A stretch of DNA of 64,000 bases from Oceanispirochaeta sp. (GTDB lineage: Bacteria; Spirochaetota; Spirochaetia; DSM-2461), in assembly GCA_963663385.2 (NCBI GenBank), contig CAXXXD010000002.1, positions 1,120,001 through 1,184,000 of the forward strand. Direction: 5' to 3'. The position numbers were made by a program, and so were the translations under genes. Within the stretch, counting starts at the first letter, position 1. The number at the start of each line of letters is the position of its first letter. A model generated the notes under the pieces. It saw only the letters and a list, made by a program, of their open reading frames with translations. It made no database searches and was not told where the DNA came from. This document shows positions 1 through 9,486 of the stretch, piece by piece.

Positions 1-144
1 CATTCCCAGAACCATTCTGCTGAAAATGACAAACATGGGGTTGTACTCAGAGAATGCTATCTTCAGTGCTATAAAGGAGCTCCCCCATACAAACATGGCA
101 AGGATCAGGGCGGCATAGGCAGTTACTGTTCCGTTCTTTTTCAT
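1..144 (-). CDS. DMT/EamA family transporter, N-terminal part (runs off the window)
   Basis: Translated by hand from ATG at 144: MKKNGTVTAYAALILAMFVWGSSFIALKIAFSEYNPMFVIFSRM...; WGxSF and P..R pattern typical of EamA. Not in the ORF track. Confidence 0.85.
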   Translation of the reverse strand, partial: MKKNGTVTAYAALILAMFVWGSSFIALKIAFSEYNPMFVIFSRMVLGM

Positions 145-293
145 TGCTCTACTATGACAGAAAATAAGTCTGTCAGTAAGGGGGCAGGACTCTTTTTATA
201 ATTGTCTGTATTAATATTGTCAATCAGGAAGGGATGGGGGTATCCTGAGGACAGACCATCTTTGAAATGATTCAATGATTACGGGGGGGCATT

Positions 294-1631
294 TTGAATG
301 ATCCTGATTATGAAGCCATACTGGACAGTATCTCTGATGGAGTTTTTACTGTGGACCGGAACTGGAATATCAGTTCCTTCAACAGGGCTGCCGAGGAAAT
401 AACAGGGGTTTCCAGGGAGGAGGCCCTCGGGCGTCCCTGTTCGGAAGTCCTGCGTTCCAGCCTCTGTGGCAGTGAATGTGCTCTCAGAAAAACACTGGAC
501 GGCGGAAAACCGGTTATCAACAAACACTGTTACCTTATTGACGTGTATGGGGAGAAGGTTCCCATCTCTCTGTCAACTGCAGTTTTCCATAACAGGAACG
601 GGGAAGTTATAGGCGGGGCTGAAACATTCCGCGACCTGTCCGAACTGGAAGTTCTTAAAAAAGATCTGACAGGCCCCCGTTACAGTGCGGGGAATCTGAA
701 AAGCAGGAGTCCCTCCATGCAGCAGGTTCTTCATTTGACAGAGATGGTTTCGCCTACAGATTCAACAGTCCTGATATACGGAGAGACGGGTACGGGCAAA
801 GAGGTAACCGCCCGTTCTGTCCATGAACTGAGTCCCCGCAGGGATGAACCTTTTGTGGCCATCAATTGTGCAGCCCTGCCGGAGAACCTGCTGGAGTCCG
901 TTCTGTTCGGCCATAAAAAAGGTGCTTTTACAGGAGCCATGGAAGACCGGCCGGGTGTATTTGACCGTACGGGAAAGGGAACGCTCTTTCTGGATGAAAT
1001 AGGGGATATCTCTCCGGCTTTGCAGGTCCGTTTGCTGAGGGTTCTTCAGGAGCATGAATATGAGGCGGTCGGGAGTAACCGGACAAAAAAAACAGAAGCC
1101 CGGATTATTGCCGCTACCCACCGTAATCTGAAGGAGCGGATCGAGAAGGGGCTTTTCCGGGAAGATCTCTATTACCGTCTTAATGTTGTCTCCATTGAGC
1201 TGCCTCCCCTCCGGAAGAGGATTGAGGATCTCCCCGATCTGGCCGATCTGTTTATCCGCCGTTTTAATTCCCTTCATAACAAGGATGTTCTGGGCCTGAC
1301 ACCGGATGCCCTGGACCGTCTTCTCTCCTACTCCTGGCCGGGGAACATCAGGGAACTTGAAAACATGATGGAGAGAGCCTGTATCCTGTGTGCTGAAGAG
1401 TACATCGGTCTGTCCTGTCTGCCCCGGGATACGGGTGAAGAGAAAAAGACCGCTTCCCCTTCTGATGATCCGGGGGCTCTTCCCCTGGCGGGCTCACGGG
1501 AAGAGATGGAGATAAGAGAGATCCGGGGAGCTCTCGAAAAAACCCGTTACAATAAACAGGCTGCGGCGGATCTTCTGGGAATTCATAAAACAACTCTTTT
1601 CAGAAAGTTGAAAAAATACAACATACTGTAG
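294..1631 (+). CDS. PAS-domain sigma-54-dependent transcriptional activator (bEBP, Fis-type HTH)
   Basis: N-terminal PAS; Walker A GETGTGKE, GAFTGA, FLDEIG, WPGNIREL; C-terminal HTH AAADLLGIHKTTLFRKLK. Confidence 0.95.
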   Translation: MNDPDYEAILDSISDGVFTVDRNWNISSFNRAAEEITGVSREEALGRPCSEVLRSSLCGSECALRKTLDGGKPVINKHCYLIDVYGEKVPISLSTAVFHNRNGEVIGGAETFRDLSELEVLKKDLTGPRYSAGNLKSRSPSMQQVLHLTEMVSPTDSTVLIYGETGTGKEVTARSVHELSPRRDEPFVAINCAALPENLLESVLFGHKKGAFTGAMEDRPGVFDRTGKGTLFLDEIGDISPALQVRLLRVLQEHEYEAVGSNRTKKTEARIIAATHRNLKERIEKGLFREDLYYRLNVVSIELPPLRKRIEDLPDLADLFIRRFNSLHNKDVLGLTPDALDRLLSYSWPGNIRELENMMERACILCAEEYIGLSCLPRDTGEEKKTASPSDDPGALPLAGSREEMEIREIRGALEKTRYNKQAAADLLGIHKTTLFRKLKKYNIL

Positions 1632-1678
1632 CGGTATTGCTACTAATAGTAGCAACATAGTGTAGCGTTTCTGCTACT
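1627..1678. promoter_or_regulatory. Putative upstream activator sites for the bEBP
   Basis: Two copies of TGTAGC-N6-GCTACT (1627-1644, 1661-1678) plus the perfect palindrome TTGCTACT-aat-AGTAGCAA (1637-1655), about 50-100 bp upstream of the sigma-54 promoter. Confidence 0.65.
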
Positions 1679-1729
1679 ATTATTGCTCTGTATATACTTC
1701 TAAGTGCCTTATAAGGTTGTTTTATAACT

Positions 1730-1745
1730 TGGCACGGTACTTGTA
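1730..1745 (+). promoter_or_regulatory. Sigma-54 (-24/-12) promoter
   Basis: TGGCACG-gtac-TTGTA matches TGGCACG-N4-TTGCW except one base; upstream of AGGAGG RBS and ATG 1768, next to a bEBP gene. Confidence 0.8.
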
Positions 1746-1767
1746 GTATTATATTCAGGAGGCTGAT

Positions 1768-2175
1768 ATGAAAATCGCCCTACCAGTTTGGAATAATCGG
1801 ATTGCTCCCGTATTTGATGCGGCAGAGCGGTGGTTAACAGTTCTTGTCAGTGATGGAAAATGGGAAATCCGGGAGGAAAATACTTTTTCCGGAATCACCC
1901 CCGAAGCTAAAGCTCAGGAACTGTTGAACCATAATACGGAGTATCTGATATGCGGCGCCATTCCTTACAGGTTGGAAAGGTTTCTTGTTGAAGCCGGTTG
2001 CGGGGTCAGATCTTTTATTTCAGGAGAACCGGAGAGAATTCTCAGGGCCTGGGTAGATGATTCTTTGAATGATCCTTCTTATTGTATGCCCGGTTGTCAT
2101 GGTCGTGGTCAGGGGCCGAGAGGCCGCTTTGGAAACAGACATGGTCATGGTAACAGAGGGCGCGGACGAATATAA
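1768..2175 (+). CDS. NifB/NifX-family (Nitro_FeMo-Co) protein with Gly/Arg/His-rich tail
   Basis: MKIALPVWNNRIAPVFD...LICGAI...MPGC pattern; AGGAGG RBS. Confidence 0.85.
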   Translation: MKIALPVWNNRIAPVFDAAERWLTVLVSDGKWEIREENTFSGITPEAKAQELLNHNTEYLICGAIPYRLERFLVEAGCGVRSFISGEPERILRAWVDDSLNDPSYCMPGCHGRGQGPRGRFGNRHGHGNRGRGRI

Positions 2176-2190
2176 CAGGAGTGTAATAAT

Positions 2191-2523
2191 ATGCCTAATA
2201 GAAATGGAATGGGACCGGAAGGAAAAGGTCCAATGACAGGATGGGGTATGGGAAACTGCAATAGCAATGCTGCTAACAATGCCAATACTAATACTAATAC
2301 AAATACTGCACAGGGAAATACTGCGGCACCTGTACAGGGACCGCTCCCCGTACAGGGACAGGTCCCCTTTATGGGACGCGGGATGGGCTATGGCCGCGGG
2401 CCCGGTATGGGCCGCGGATTCGGAATGGGACGCGGAGCTGCCATGGGCCGAGGGTTCGGAAGAGGACGCGGAATGGGCATGGGCCGCGGGGGAAATGGTT
2501 TTGGCGGACGCGGAAACTGGTAA
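2191..2523 (+). CDS. DUF5320-family Gly/Arg-rich protein
   Basis: MPxxxGxGPxGxGPMTGxGxGxC N-terminus followed by GRGxG repeats; usual neighbour of NifX-like genes. Confidence 0.8.
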   Translation: MPNRNGMGPEGKGPMTGWGMGNCNSNAANNANTNTNTNTAQGNTAAPVQGPLPVQGQVPFMGRGMGYGRGPGMGRGFGMGRGAAMGRGFGRGRGMGMGRGGNGFGGRGNW

Positions 2524-2544
2524 AACCGGAGCCTGAGTAAGACT

Positions 2545-2596
2545 AAAAGGGGCTGTCTCATAGTGATTGATCACTTTTACAACAGCCTCTTTTTTT
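2545..2596 (+). terminator. Hairpin with T-tract between DUF5320 and MBL genes
   Basis: AAAAGGGGCTGT(2545-2556)...ACAGCCTCTTTT(2582-2593) with inner AGTGAT/ATCACT stem. Confidence 0.5.
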
Positions 2597-2608
2597 AAAG
2601 GAAGGTTT

Positions 2609-3442
2609 ATGACAGATAAATTGACAGTTCTGGTAGACAACATAGCAGAGGAACCTTTTGAATCAGAACATGGGTTTTCTCTCTTGATTGAGTGGAAGGG
2701 GAAAAGGATCCTGTTTGATACGGCTCAGCACGATTCTCTTTTTCATAATGCTGCCGAGTTGGGGGTCTCTCTGGAAAATCTGGACGCCCTGATTCTCAGT
2801 CACGGGCATTATGACCATGGAGGGAATCTGGCCGGTATTCTGGAACGGAATCCCCGGATGCCTTTCTATGCCCATCCGCAATGCCTGCAGGACCGCTACT
2901 CCCGGCATGGGAAAGATGATGTCCGCCGGGTTTCCCTCTCGGAAAAGGACAGGGCTGCTGTTCTTGCTCTGCCGGGAGATCTATACATTCCCTGCTCCGG
3001 AGCAACTGAGGTTTTCCCCGGTTTATGGATAAGCGGTAGCATCCCCCGGATTTATGATGATGAAGATACGGGCGGGGCTTTTTACCTCGAGAAGGAAGCG
3101 GTGCATCCGGACCTGATTCCCGACGATATGTCGATCTGGGTGGATCATGGGGAGGATCTCTCCCTAATCTGCGGCTGTTGTCATTCCGGACTGCGGAATA
3201 CGGTTGACTATATCCGGCAGTTGAGCGGCGGGAAGGCTGTGCGAATGATCCTGGGAGGTTATCATCTCAAACATGCCGGAGAAAACCGTATCAGCCGTAC
3301 AATCGAATTTATTAACAGAAACCGGATACAGAAGATTGTACCCGCACACTGCACGGGAAAGACTGCCATGGAACGTTTTGCCAATGAGCTGGACGGGGAT
3401 GTAACTCTCAGCCGGGTTGGGCTGAAAGTCGCTTTATCATAA
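2609..3442 (+). CDS. MBL-fold metallo-hydrolase
   Basis: EHGFS, LFDT, SHGHYDHGG, GCCHSG, GGYHL, PAHCTG motifs; start placed at ATG 2609 after GGAAGG. Confidence 0.9.
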   Translation: MTDKLTVLVDNIAEEPFESEHGFSLLIEWKGKRILFDTAQHDSLFHNAAELGVSLENLDALILSHGHYDHGGNLAGILERNPRMPFYAHPQCLQDRYSRHGKDDVRRVSLSEKDRAAVLALPGDLYIPCSGATEVFPGLWISGSIPRIYDDEDTGGAFYLEKEAVHPDLIPDDMSIWVDHGEDLSLICGCCHSGLRNTVDYIRQLSGGKAVRMILGGYHLKHAGENRISRTIEFINRNRIQKIVPAHCTGKTAMERFANELDGDVTLSRVGLKVALS

Positions 3443-3473
3443 GGAGAAACCGGTTTCCCGGTCTGGATGGAAG

Positions 3474-5162
3474 TTAACCCTCCCTGATTACCGGGAGGGC
3501 TCTTCCTGCTTTCAGAAGAGTGAGTAATTCCTGTTCTGTGAGGGGAGGGGAAAAGTAGTATCCCTGAAATTTGTGGCACCCCTCCTTTTTCAGAACAGCC
3601 AGCTGCTCTTCTGTCTCAACCCCTTCTGCAATCAGTTCCTTATTCAGGTTTTCTGCCAGATGGATTATCAGTTTCAGAAAATTCCGGCTCTCCTGGCTAT
3701 GAACGATCTCATCGATAAAGGATTTATCCAGTTTCAGGGTGCTGGCCGGCAGGTCCTTCAGGTAGCTTAACGAAGAGTATCCAGTTCCGAAATCATCCAG
3801 GAAAATTTCAAAACCCGCTTCCGACAGGCTCTTCATTTTTTCTATTATCAAATCGGGGTGGAGCATCTCCATGGATTCCGTACATTCCAGGCGGATCCTG
3901 TCGGGATTTTCCAGTTCTGCCTGCTTAAGAGCCGCCTGGAGGATACTCAGGAGATGATTATCTTCGAACTCCCTGGATGTCAGGTTGAGGGAGGTATAAA
4001 TACTGTATTCCTCACTCCAGGATTTCAGGGAGCGCAGGGTTTTGAAGATTACCCACTTCCCGATAGAGACGATCAGTCCGTTTCTTTCCGCCAGGGGAAT
4101 AAATTCCGAGGGCGGGATCCTTCCCTTCTGGGGATGATCCCATCTGATAAGGGTTTCGCAGCCTTCAATCTTCCCGTTTATATCCACAATCGGCTGATAG
4201 TTCAGTTGAAATTCTCCCTTTTCAAAGGCACGCACCATATCGCTTTCCATTTTAAGACGGCTGACAGCCTGATTATGGATCTTCCGGTCGTACATCAGGT
4301 AGGGTCTGTTTTCACTCATTGACCGTCTGAGAGCTTCTGCTGCGCTGTTTATAAAGTTCTGGGGCGAATCTCCGTCCTTGGGGAAAAGGGATATTCCTAT
4401 ATGGCAGGTCAGGCAGATATCGTGTGATCCGCTTCTGTAGGGAATGGTAACAATATCATGGATCTTCCGGGCAACCACCGCCGGACCGTACTCCTGATTA
4501 AGGCAGGTCAGCAGGACAACCAGTTCATTTCCTTCGTAGCGGAATATGTAATCGCTGTTCCGCAATAGTTCCCTGATACGGATCCCCGTATTCTCCAGCA
4601 GCATATTCCCCAGGGCGTGGCCATGGCTGAGATTGATCTCCTGCAGGTTTGTAATGGATATAAAAAGGAGAGACAGGAGTTCCTCTTTTTGGGAACGGTT
4701 GGCCTTTTCCAGCTCCATCTCCAGAATAATATCAAGGGACCTTCCATTGAAAAGACCGGTCATGGGATCCCTGAATTCATAGTTAATCAGTTTTGCTTCT
4801 ATTTCTCCCAGTCGCGTAATATCGTGAGAGAATACAAGGGCGTGTGTGATCTCCCCGTTTTCCTGATAGGGATAATAGGATATGTGCATGTATCTCCAGC
4901 TGGGACCAAACTCGAAACGATCGACATAATGAACTTCCTCTCCTGCCAGACAGCGGTCCAGATGAGGCTTTATGGTTTTGAAAAATACATCCTTTCCCCA
5001 TACCTCCTCTACCCGGTGACCAAGAATCTCCTCTCTGGGTTTTTCAATGTTGCGTATGTAGGATTCGTTCACTACATCATAGCGGTATTCCCTGTTTACC
5101 AGTGTAATGAAGTCGGAGGAGGTGTTGACAATGTATTCAAAACGCTTTTCCAGTTCTACCAT
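3474..5162 (-). CDS. PAS / degenerate GGDEF / EAL c-di-GMP phosphodiesterase
   Basis: DPMTGLFN, RYEGNEL in place of GGDEF, ETLIRW, LDDFGTGYSS, IAEGVET. Confidence 0.9.
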   Translation of the reverse strand: MVELEKRFEYIVNTSSDFITLVNREYRYDVVNESYIRNIEKPREEILGHRVEEVWGKDVFFKTIKPHLDRCLAGEEVHYVDRFEFGPSWRYMHISYYPYQENGEITHALVFSHDITRLGEIEAKLINYEFRDPMTGLFNGRSLDIILEMELEKANRSQKEELLSLLFISITNLQEINLSHGHALGNMLLENTGIRIRELLRNSDYIFRYEGNELVVLLTCLNQEYGPAVVARKIHDIVTIPYRSGSHDICLTCHIGISLFPKDGDSPQNFINSAAEALRRSMSENRPYLMYDRKIHNQAVSRLKMESDMVRAFEKGEFQLNYQPIVDINGKIEGCETLIRWDHPQKGRIPPSEFIPLAERNGLIVSIGKWVIFKTLRSLKSWSEEYSIYTSLNLTSREFEDNHLLSILQAALKQAELENPDRIRLECTESMEMLHPDLIIEKMKSLSEAGFEIFLDDFGTGYSSLSYLKDLPASTLKLDKSFIDEIVHSQESRNFLKLIIHLAENLNKELIAEGVETEEQLAVLKKEGCHKFQGYYFSPPLTEQELLTLLKAGRALPVIREG

Positions 5163-5280
5163 TGCTATATTATAATATACTTCAAGTTTATTTTTAATTG
5201 AGGCAAATTCCTTTTTTTCCCCTTTTTTTCTAAATTTTCTCTTATTCCCTTGCGTTTCTCTTTCAGGAAGGATATCTTAA

Positions 5281-5298
5281 AACATACCTAAGGTAGGT
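5281..5298. promoter_or_regulatory. Putative TetR operator 1
   Basis: AACATACCT-aa-GGTAGGT just upstream of the tetR ATG; repeated at 5933-5950. Confidence 0.7.
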
Positions 5299-5303
5299 TT
5301 TTT

Positions 5304-5915
5304 ATGAAGGTAACAAAAGAACAGATTATTCAAAAGGCATTATCCTTTTTTGCCGGTAATGATTATGACAGGGCATCTCTCAATGAAATAGCCAAAGCCC
5401 TGGGAATTACAAAAGGCGGTATCTACCACTACTTCGGGAGCAAGGATGAGCTCTTTCATGAATCTGTGCTGTATATGCTGGAAGCGATGGGGCGTCAGAT
5501 GGACGAATCCATGGATATTTCCATTCCCCTCAAGGATATTTTACAACCCTTTTATCAGATTGATGATGTAGCAGCTTTTTATTCCCAGGCCATAGGAGTG
5601 GATCTGCAGGGATCTTACGCCAATCTGGTCTACCTTTTATTCAGTGCGCTGAAAAAATTTTCCGATACCAAGGGAAAGATGGAGTCTATTTATTCCCGGT
5701 ATCTGATCGGGATGGAGATGCTGTTCCGGAACGCCCAGAAAAAGGGCGAAATCCGTCAGGAACTGGATCCGGAAGGGCTGGCATTTGAAATAACGGCATT
5801 TGTGGAAGGAGGAATGCTGATCAGTTCCGTGAGCGAAAATCTTGATGCCAATCGGATCGGAAATCTTGTATTCAGTAATTTCTGGCAGCGTGTTGCTGTG
5901 AATCCTGATCTGTAG
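5304..5915 (+). CDS. TetR/AcrR family regulator
   Basis: N-terminal HTH SLNEIAKALGITKGGIYHYFGSKDEL. Confidence 0.95.
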   Translation: MKVTKEQIIQKALSFFAGNDYDRASLNEIAKALGITKGGIYHYFGSKDELFHESVLYMLEAMGRQMDESMDISIPLKDILQPFYQIDDVAAFYSQAIGVDLQGSYANLVYLLFSALKKFSDTKGKMESIYSRYLIGMEMLFRNAQKKGEIRQELDPEGLAFEITAFVEGGMLISSVSENLDANRIGNLVFSNFWQRVAVNPDL

Positions 5916-5932
5916 GGATTTTTTTAGACAAG

Positions 5933-5954
5933 AACATACCTTCGGTAGGTATGT
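5933..5954. promoter_or_regulatory. Putative TetR operator 2
   Basis: Perfect palindrome ACATACCT-N5-AGGTATGT directly before the RBS of the MMPL gene. Confidence 0.75.
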
Positions 5955-5968
5955 GTTAAGGAGTTTTT

Positions 5969-8722
5969 ATGAATCGGTTTAAAGAAAGGATGCTGGTCCG
6001 ATGGGCTGAGTGGTCTGTTGTCCATTATCGTAAATCCCTGATGATCATTCTATTGATAACCTTTTTTTTCGGTACAGGTTTTCCCCTGCTCCAGACAGAG
6101 ATGACTTTCTACTCCATCCTGCCCAAGCATTCCCCTCAGGTGCAGGATCTGAAGCGGATAACAGACGACTTTCCCTCGGCTTCCCAGATCATACTTGCCG
6201 TGGACGCCAGGCATATGGAGGATGCGGACAAAGCGGAGAAGATGGTCAGGGCCACCATTGATGCCCTGATTGCAGAGTTCAACGCTCCTGACTGGGATAA
6301 GTTTCTGGAGGGCGCGACTACCGGGGTGGATACGGATTTTATCCGGGAGCACGGGATGATTCTTTATAAGCCGGAAGATCAGGAGAGGATGGTCCGGATA
6401 TATGAAAACCCCGATCTTCTGCCTTTCATTACCCGTCTCAATGATGATTATGAGAGAGAGTATTCAGGAAACGAGGATAATCTGGAGGATGACGAACAGA
6501 TGGCTATTGCGCAGATTCGCGGTCTTGGCGGCATCCTGTCCCTGATGGACCGCCATCTGCAGGGGGAAGAAATAAGTGAGGGTGAAATAGGGAAGGCTCT
6601 GGACCGTTATTTTTTCGGAGACTCCCATATCCTCAGCAGAGACAACCGCATGGGGATACTGCTCCTCCGGCCTACTTTTACAATGAATGATTTTTTCCAT
6701 CTTGCAGTTATCGATACCATGAAGGAGCGGGCTGCGGAAATTGCCGAAGAATATAATACCCGGGTAGGGCTGACCGGGATGATTGTTGTGGGTAAAGATG
6801 AAATGGCTACATCCGAACAGGGGCTGGGCGTTTCCATGCTGGCGGCCTTTATTCTGATTATTCTGCTCCTGGTTCTGGTGTTCCGTATGAAATCGGTTCC
6901 TTTTATAGCCGGCCTTCCCCTTATCCTGGGGATTCTATGGGCCACAGGGCTTACAGGGCTGGTTATACACCGCCTCAATATTGTAACCGCCATGTATATG
7001 GTTGCCCTGATCGGGCTGGGTATCGATTTTGCCATCCATATTCTGGCCGCGTATATACAGTTCCGGGATGACGGGATGGATTTTCATCCTGCCCTGATTC
7101 ACGCCTACCGGATAAGCGGTTCCGGGATTATTACGGGCGGGTTAACAACAGCCGCAGCCTTTCTGGCTCTCAGCTTTTCAAAAACCGAGATGGTAAGCGA
7201 ACTGGGAATTGTAGCCGGTATGGGAATCCTCTGTGAAATGAGCGCCATGCTTCTGGCTATACCTCCCTTACTGGCAGTTCGGCATAACAGGCTGCTTTCA
7301 AAGGGGAAGGTCGATACCATACACCGGAAGAAAGTTTTTATTTCCTCTTCCCTTACAGGGGGGCTGGGTCATTTGGTCAGTTGCAATTCCGGTAAAGTAG
7401 CTGTCATTCTGTTCATCATAGGGCTGCTTCTGGCAACGCAGGCGGGAAAAGTACGGATTGAAGATAACCTGATGAATATGGAGGCCAAGGGGCTGGAATC
7501 CATAGAACTTCAGGATGTGCTTGTGGATGAATTCGGTATGGCTCCGGACGGTATGTATGTCATACTGGATGATCCGGAAGAGGTGAGCGCTCTGGTGGAT
7601 GCTCTGGACGATCTGGACTCTGTGAAATCAGCAGAGGGAATTTCCTGGTATCTGCCCAGTAAGCAGGAATACACGGAAAGACGCCCCCTTGTGGAAAAGT
7701 TCCGCCGATCTCTGGATGATCTGCCCTCTTCCGGAGCTGTCGATCCGGACTATCTGACAGAAGAGCTGTATCGTCTGGAAATGAATCTGATTGAGCTGGC
7801 GGAAATGGCCTTCCTTTGTAATCTGAACCGTATGAATAATGAGCTGAGCAAGTTGACAGGGTTGGATAAGGACGGGATAAAAAGCTCCGAAAGTGTTATT
7901 GACCGCCTGGTATCCGCCCTTGAATCCTGTCCGGAAGAAGAACTGATTGCCTTTCAGAACCTGATGCGCCCCCAGCTGCAGGAAAGGCTGAAACGTATGG
8001 CTAATCCGGAACGGATTGAAATCCCGATGCTGCCGGAGGTTGTACATGATTCCTATATTTCCCGGGACGGGAAGTCCTATCTGATTTTTATCAATCCCAG
8101 ACAGAATCCATGGGAGGGGGATTTCAGGAATATCCTGACCTCTCAGGTGGCAACGGTTACGGACAGGGGAACCGGGATGATCCTGGCATCGGATCAGATG
8201 AATGAAATGGCCAGAACCGACGGGCTCTTTGCAACCATTATTTCTTTTATCGTTGTATTCCTGCTGCTCCTGTGGGATTTCCGCAATCTGAAACTGACTC
8301 TGTTCTCTTTTATACCCCTGTTTCTGAGTTTTACCAGTCTCTTCGGCATTATGGCTCTGTTCGATATCAAGTTTGATTTTGTAAATATCATTTCCATTCC
8401 CCTGCTGATAGGTATAGGAATAGATGATGCCGTCCATATCAATCACCGTTACCTGAAAGAAGGCCGGGGGAAAATGGAAAGGGTTATTACAGCTACCGGA
8501 ACAGCTGTCCTGTTAACAACACTTACTACAATAATCGGATTCGGTTCCTTTATTCCCAGTATTATGCGGGCCATGAGAAGTACCGGGATAGTCCTGGTGA
8601 TCGCCATGACCCTGGCCTTTATCTACTCGGTTATTCTGCACCCGGCGCTGTTGATTTTAGTCAGAGAGAAACTGGGGTGGTCTATAGATGCCTGGCGTAC
8701 GGGCAAGGAGAAAAAACAATGA
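5969..8722 (+). CDS. MMPL/RND-superfamily exporter
   Basis: Two TM repeats with GLGIDFAIH and GIGIDDAVH motifs and large periplasmic loops. Confidence 0.92.
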   Translation: MNRFKERMLVRWAEWSVVHYRKSLMIILLITFFFGTGFPLLQTEMTFYSILPKHSPQVQDLKRITDDFPSASQIILAVDARHMEDADKAEKMVRATIDALIAEFNAPDWDKFLEGATTGVDTDFIREHGMILYKPEDQERMVRIYENPDLLPFITRLNDDYEREYSGNEDNLEDDEQMAIAQIRGLGGILSLMDRHLQGEEISEGEIGKALDRYFFGDSHILSRDNRMGILLLRPTFTMNDFFHLAVIDTMKERAAEIAEEYNTRVGLTGMIVVGKDEMATSEQGLGVSMLAAFILIILLLVLVFRMKSVPFIAGLPLILGILWATGLTGLVIHRLNIVTAMYMVALIGLGIDFAIHILAAYIQFRDDGMDFHPALIHAYRISGSGIITGGLTTAAAFLALSFSKTEMVSELGIVAGMGILCEMSAMLLAIPPLLAVRHNRLLSKGKVDTIHRKKVFISSSLTGGLGHLVSCNSGKVAVILFIIGLLLATQAGKVRIEDNLMNMEAKGLESIELQDVLVDEFGMAPDGMYVILDDPEEVSALVDALDDLDSVKSAEGISWYLPSKQEYTERRPLVEKFRRSLDDLPSSGAVDPDYLTEELYRLEMNLIELAEMAFLCNLNRMNNELSKLTGLDKDGIKSSESVIDRLVSALESCPEEELIAFQNLMRPQLQERLKRMANPERIEIPMLPEVVHDSYISRDGKSYLIFINPRQNPWEGDFRNILTSQVATVTDRGTGMILASDQMNEMARTDGLFATIISFIVVFLLLLWDFRNLKLTLFSFIPLFLSFTSLFGIMALFDIKFDFVNIISIPLLIGIGIDDAVHINHRYLKEGRGKMERVITATGTAVLLTTLTTIIGFGSFIPSIMRAMRSTGIVLVIAMTLAFIYSVILHPALLILVREKLGWSIDAWRTGKEKKQ

Positions 8723-9486
8723 AAGATATATTAAGGAAATTAACCATGATTATTCTGGTTGCAGGTTCGTGTTTTCCGGTTCCGGCAGAATCGGCACAGG
8801 ACATCGTGGAAAAAGCGGACGCCATTTTCAAACACAACCGTATGTATCAGAAAAGCGCTATGACCATTGTCCGGAACGGCAGAGAGCAGCCGGTTCAGCA
8901 GATGGAGTCCTACTATCTGGAGGAAGACGGCATTGACCACACCCTGACACTGTTTCTTGCTCCCCGGAGGGTAAAGGGAACCGCCTATCTCTCTATAGGG
9001 GATGATCTGTGGGTCAGGTTTGCCTCAACCGGGCGTATCCGCAAAATGAGCTCCTCCGCCAAAAAAAACTCAGCCGGAGGGAGCGATTTCTCCTACAGTG
9101 ATATGGGCGAAGGGAATTCCGGTTTCGCCGAAAAGTATAATGTATCCCTGAGCGGGCAGGAGAAGGTTCAGGGAGTCGACTGCTACAGGATTATCCTGAC
9201 CCCCGGCTCCAATGCGGAAGACCTCTATGAGAAAGCAGTCGCCTATATTGCTGTCAGTGACTTCAGTTACAGGCTGATTGAACTATATGAGGACGGAGCC
9301 CATATCAAGACCATGACATTTGATGATTTCAAACCTGTTAACGGGACTCCCTATCCCTATACCGTAAAAATGGAGAGCCTTGCCAGGAATTCCTTCTCGA
9401 TCATAGAAACCCTTGAGCTGGAAGCGGACAGTTTAAAAGTGGAAAACCGGTTTTTCTCCCATTCCTACCTGGAGGCCATCAGATGA
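8719..9486 (+). CDS. LolA-like outer-membrane lipoprotein-sorting protein
   Basis: Signal peptide; F..P.RVKGTAYL...DLW, GSDFSYSD motifs; ATGA overlap with MMPL stop. Confidence 0.85.
   Translation: MKDILRKLTMIILVAGSCFPVPAESAQDIVEKADAIFKHNRMYQKSAMTIVRNGREQPVQQMESYYLEEDGIDHTLTLFLAPRRVKGTAYLSIGDDLWVRFASTGRIRKMSSSAKKNSAGGSDFSYSDMGEGNSGFAEKYNVSLSGQEKVQGVDCYRIILTPGSNAEDLYEKAVAYIAVSDFSYRLIELYEDGAHIKTMTFDDFKPVNGTPYPYTVKMESLARNSFSIIETLELEADSLKVENRFFSHSYLEAIR

Noticed and set aside
283..289. G7 tract before the activator start as a contingency locus
   Set aside because: Short, and explained as the Shine-Dalgarno region
1768..2175. NifX-like gene as evidence of nitrogen fixation
   Set aside because: No nifHDK/ENB in the window; the domain is common in non-diazotrophs
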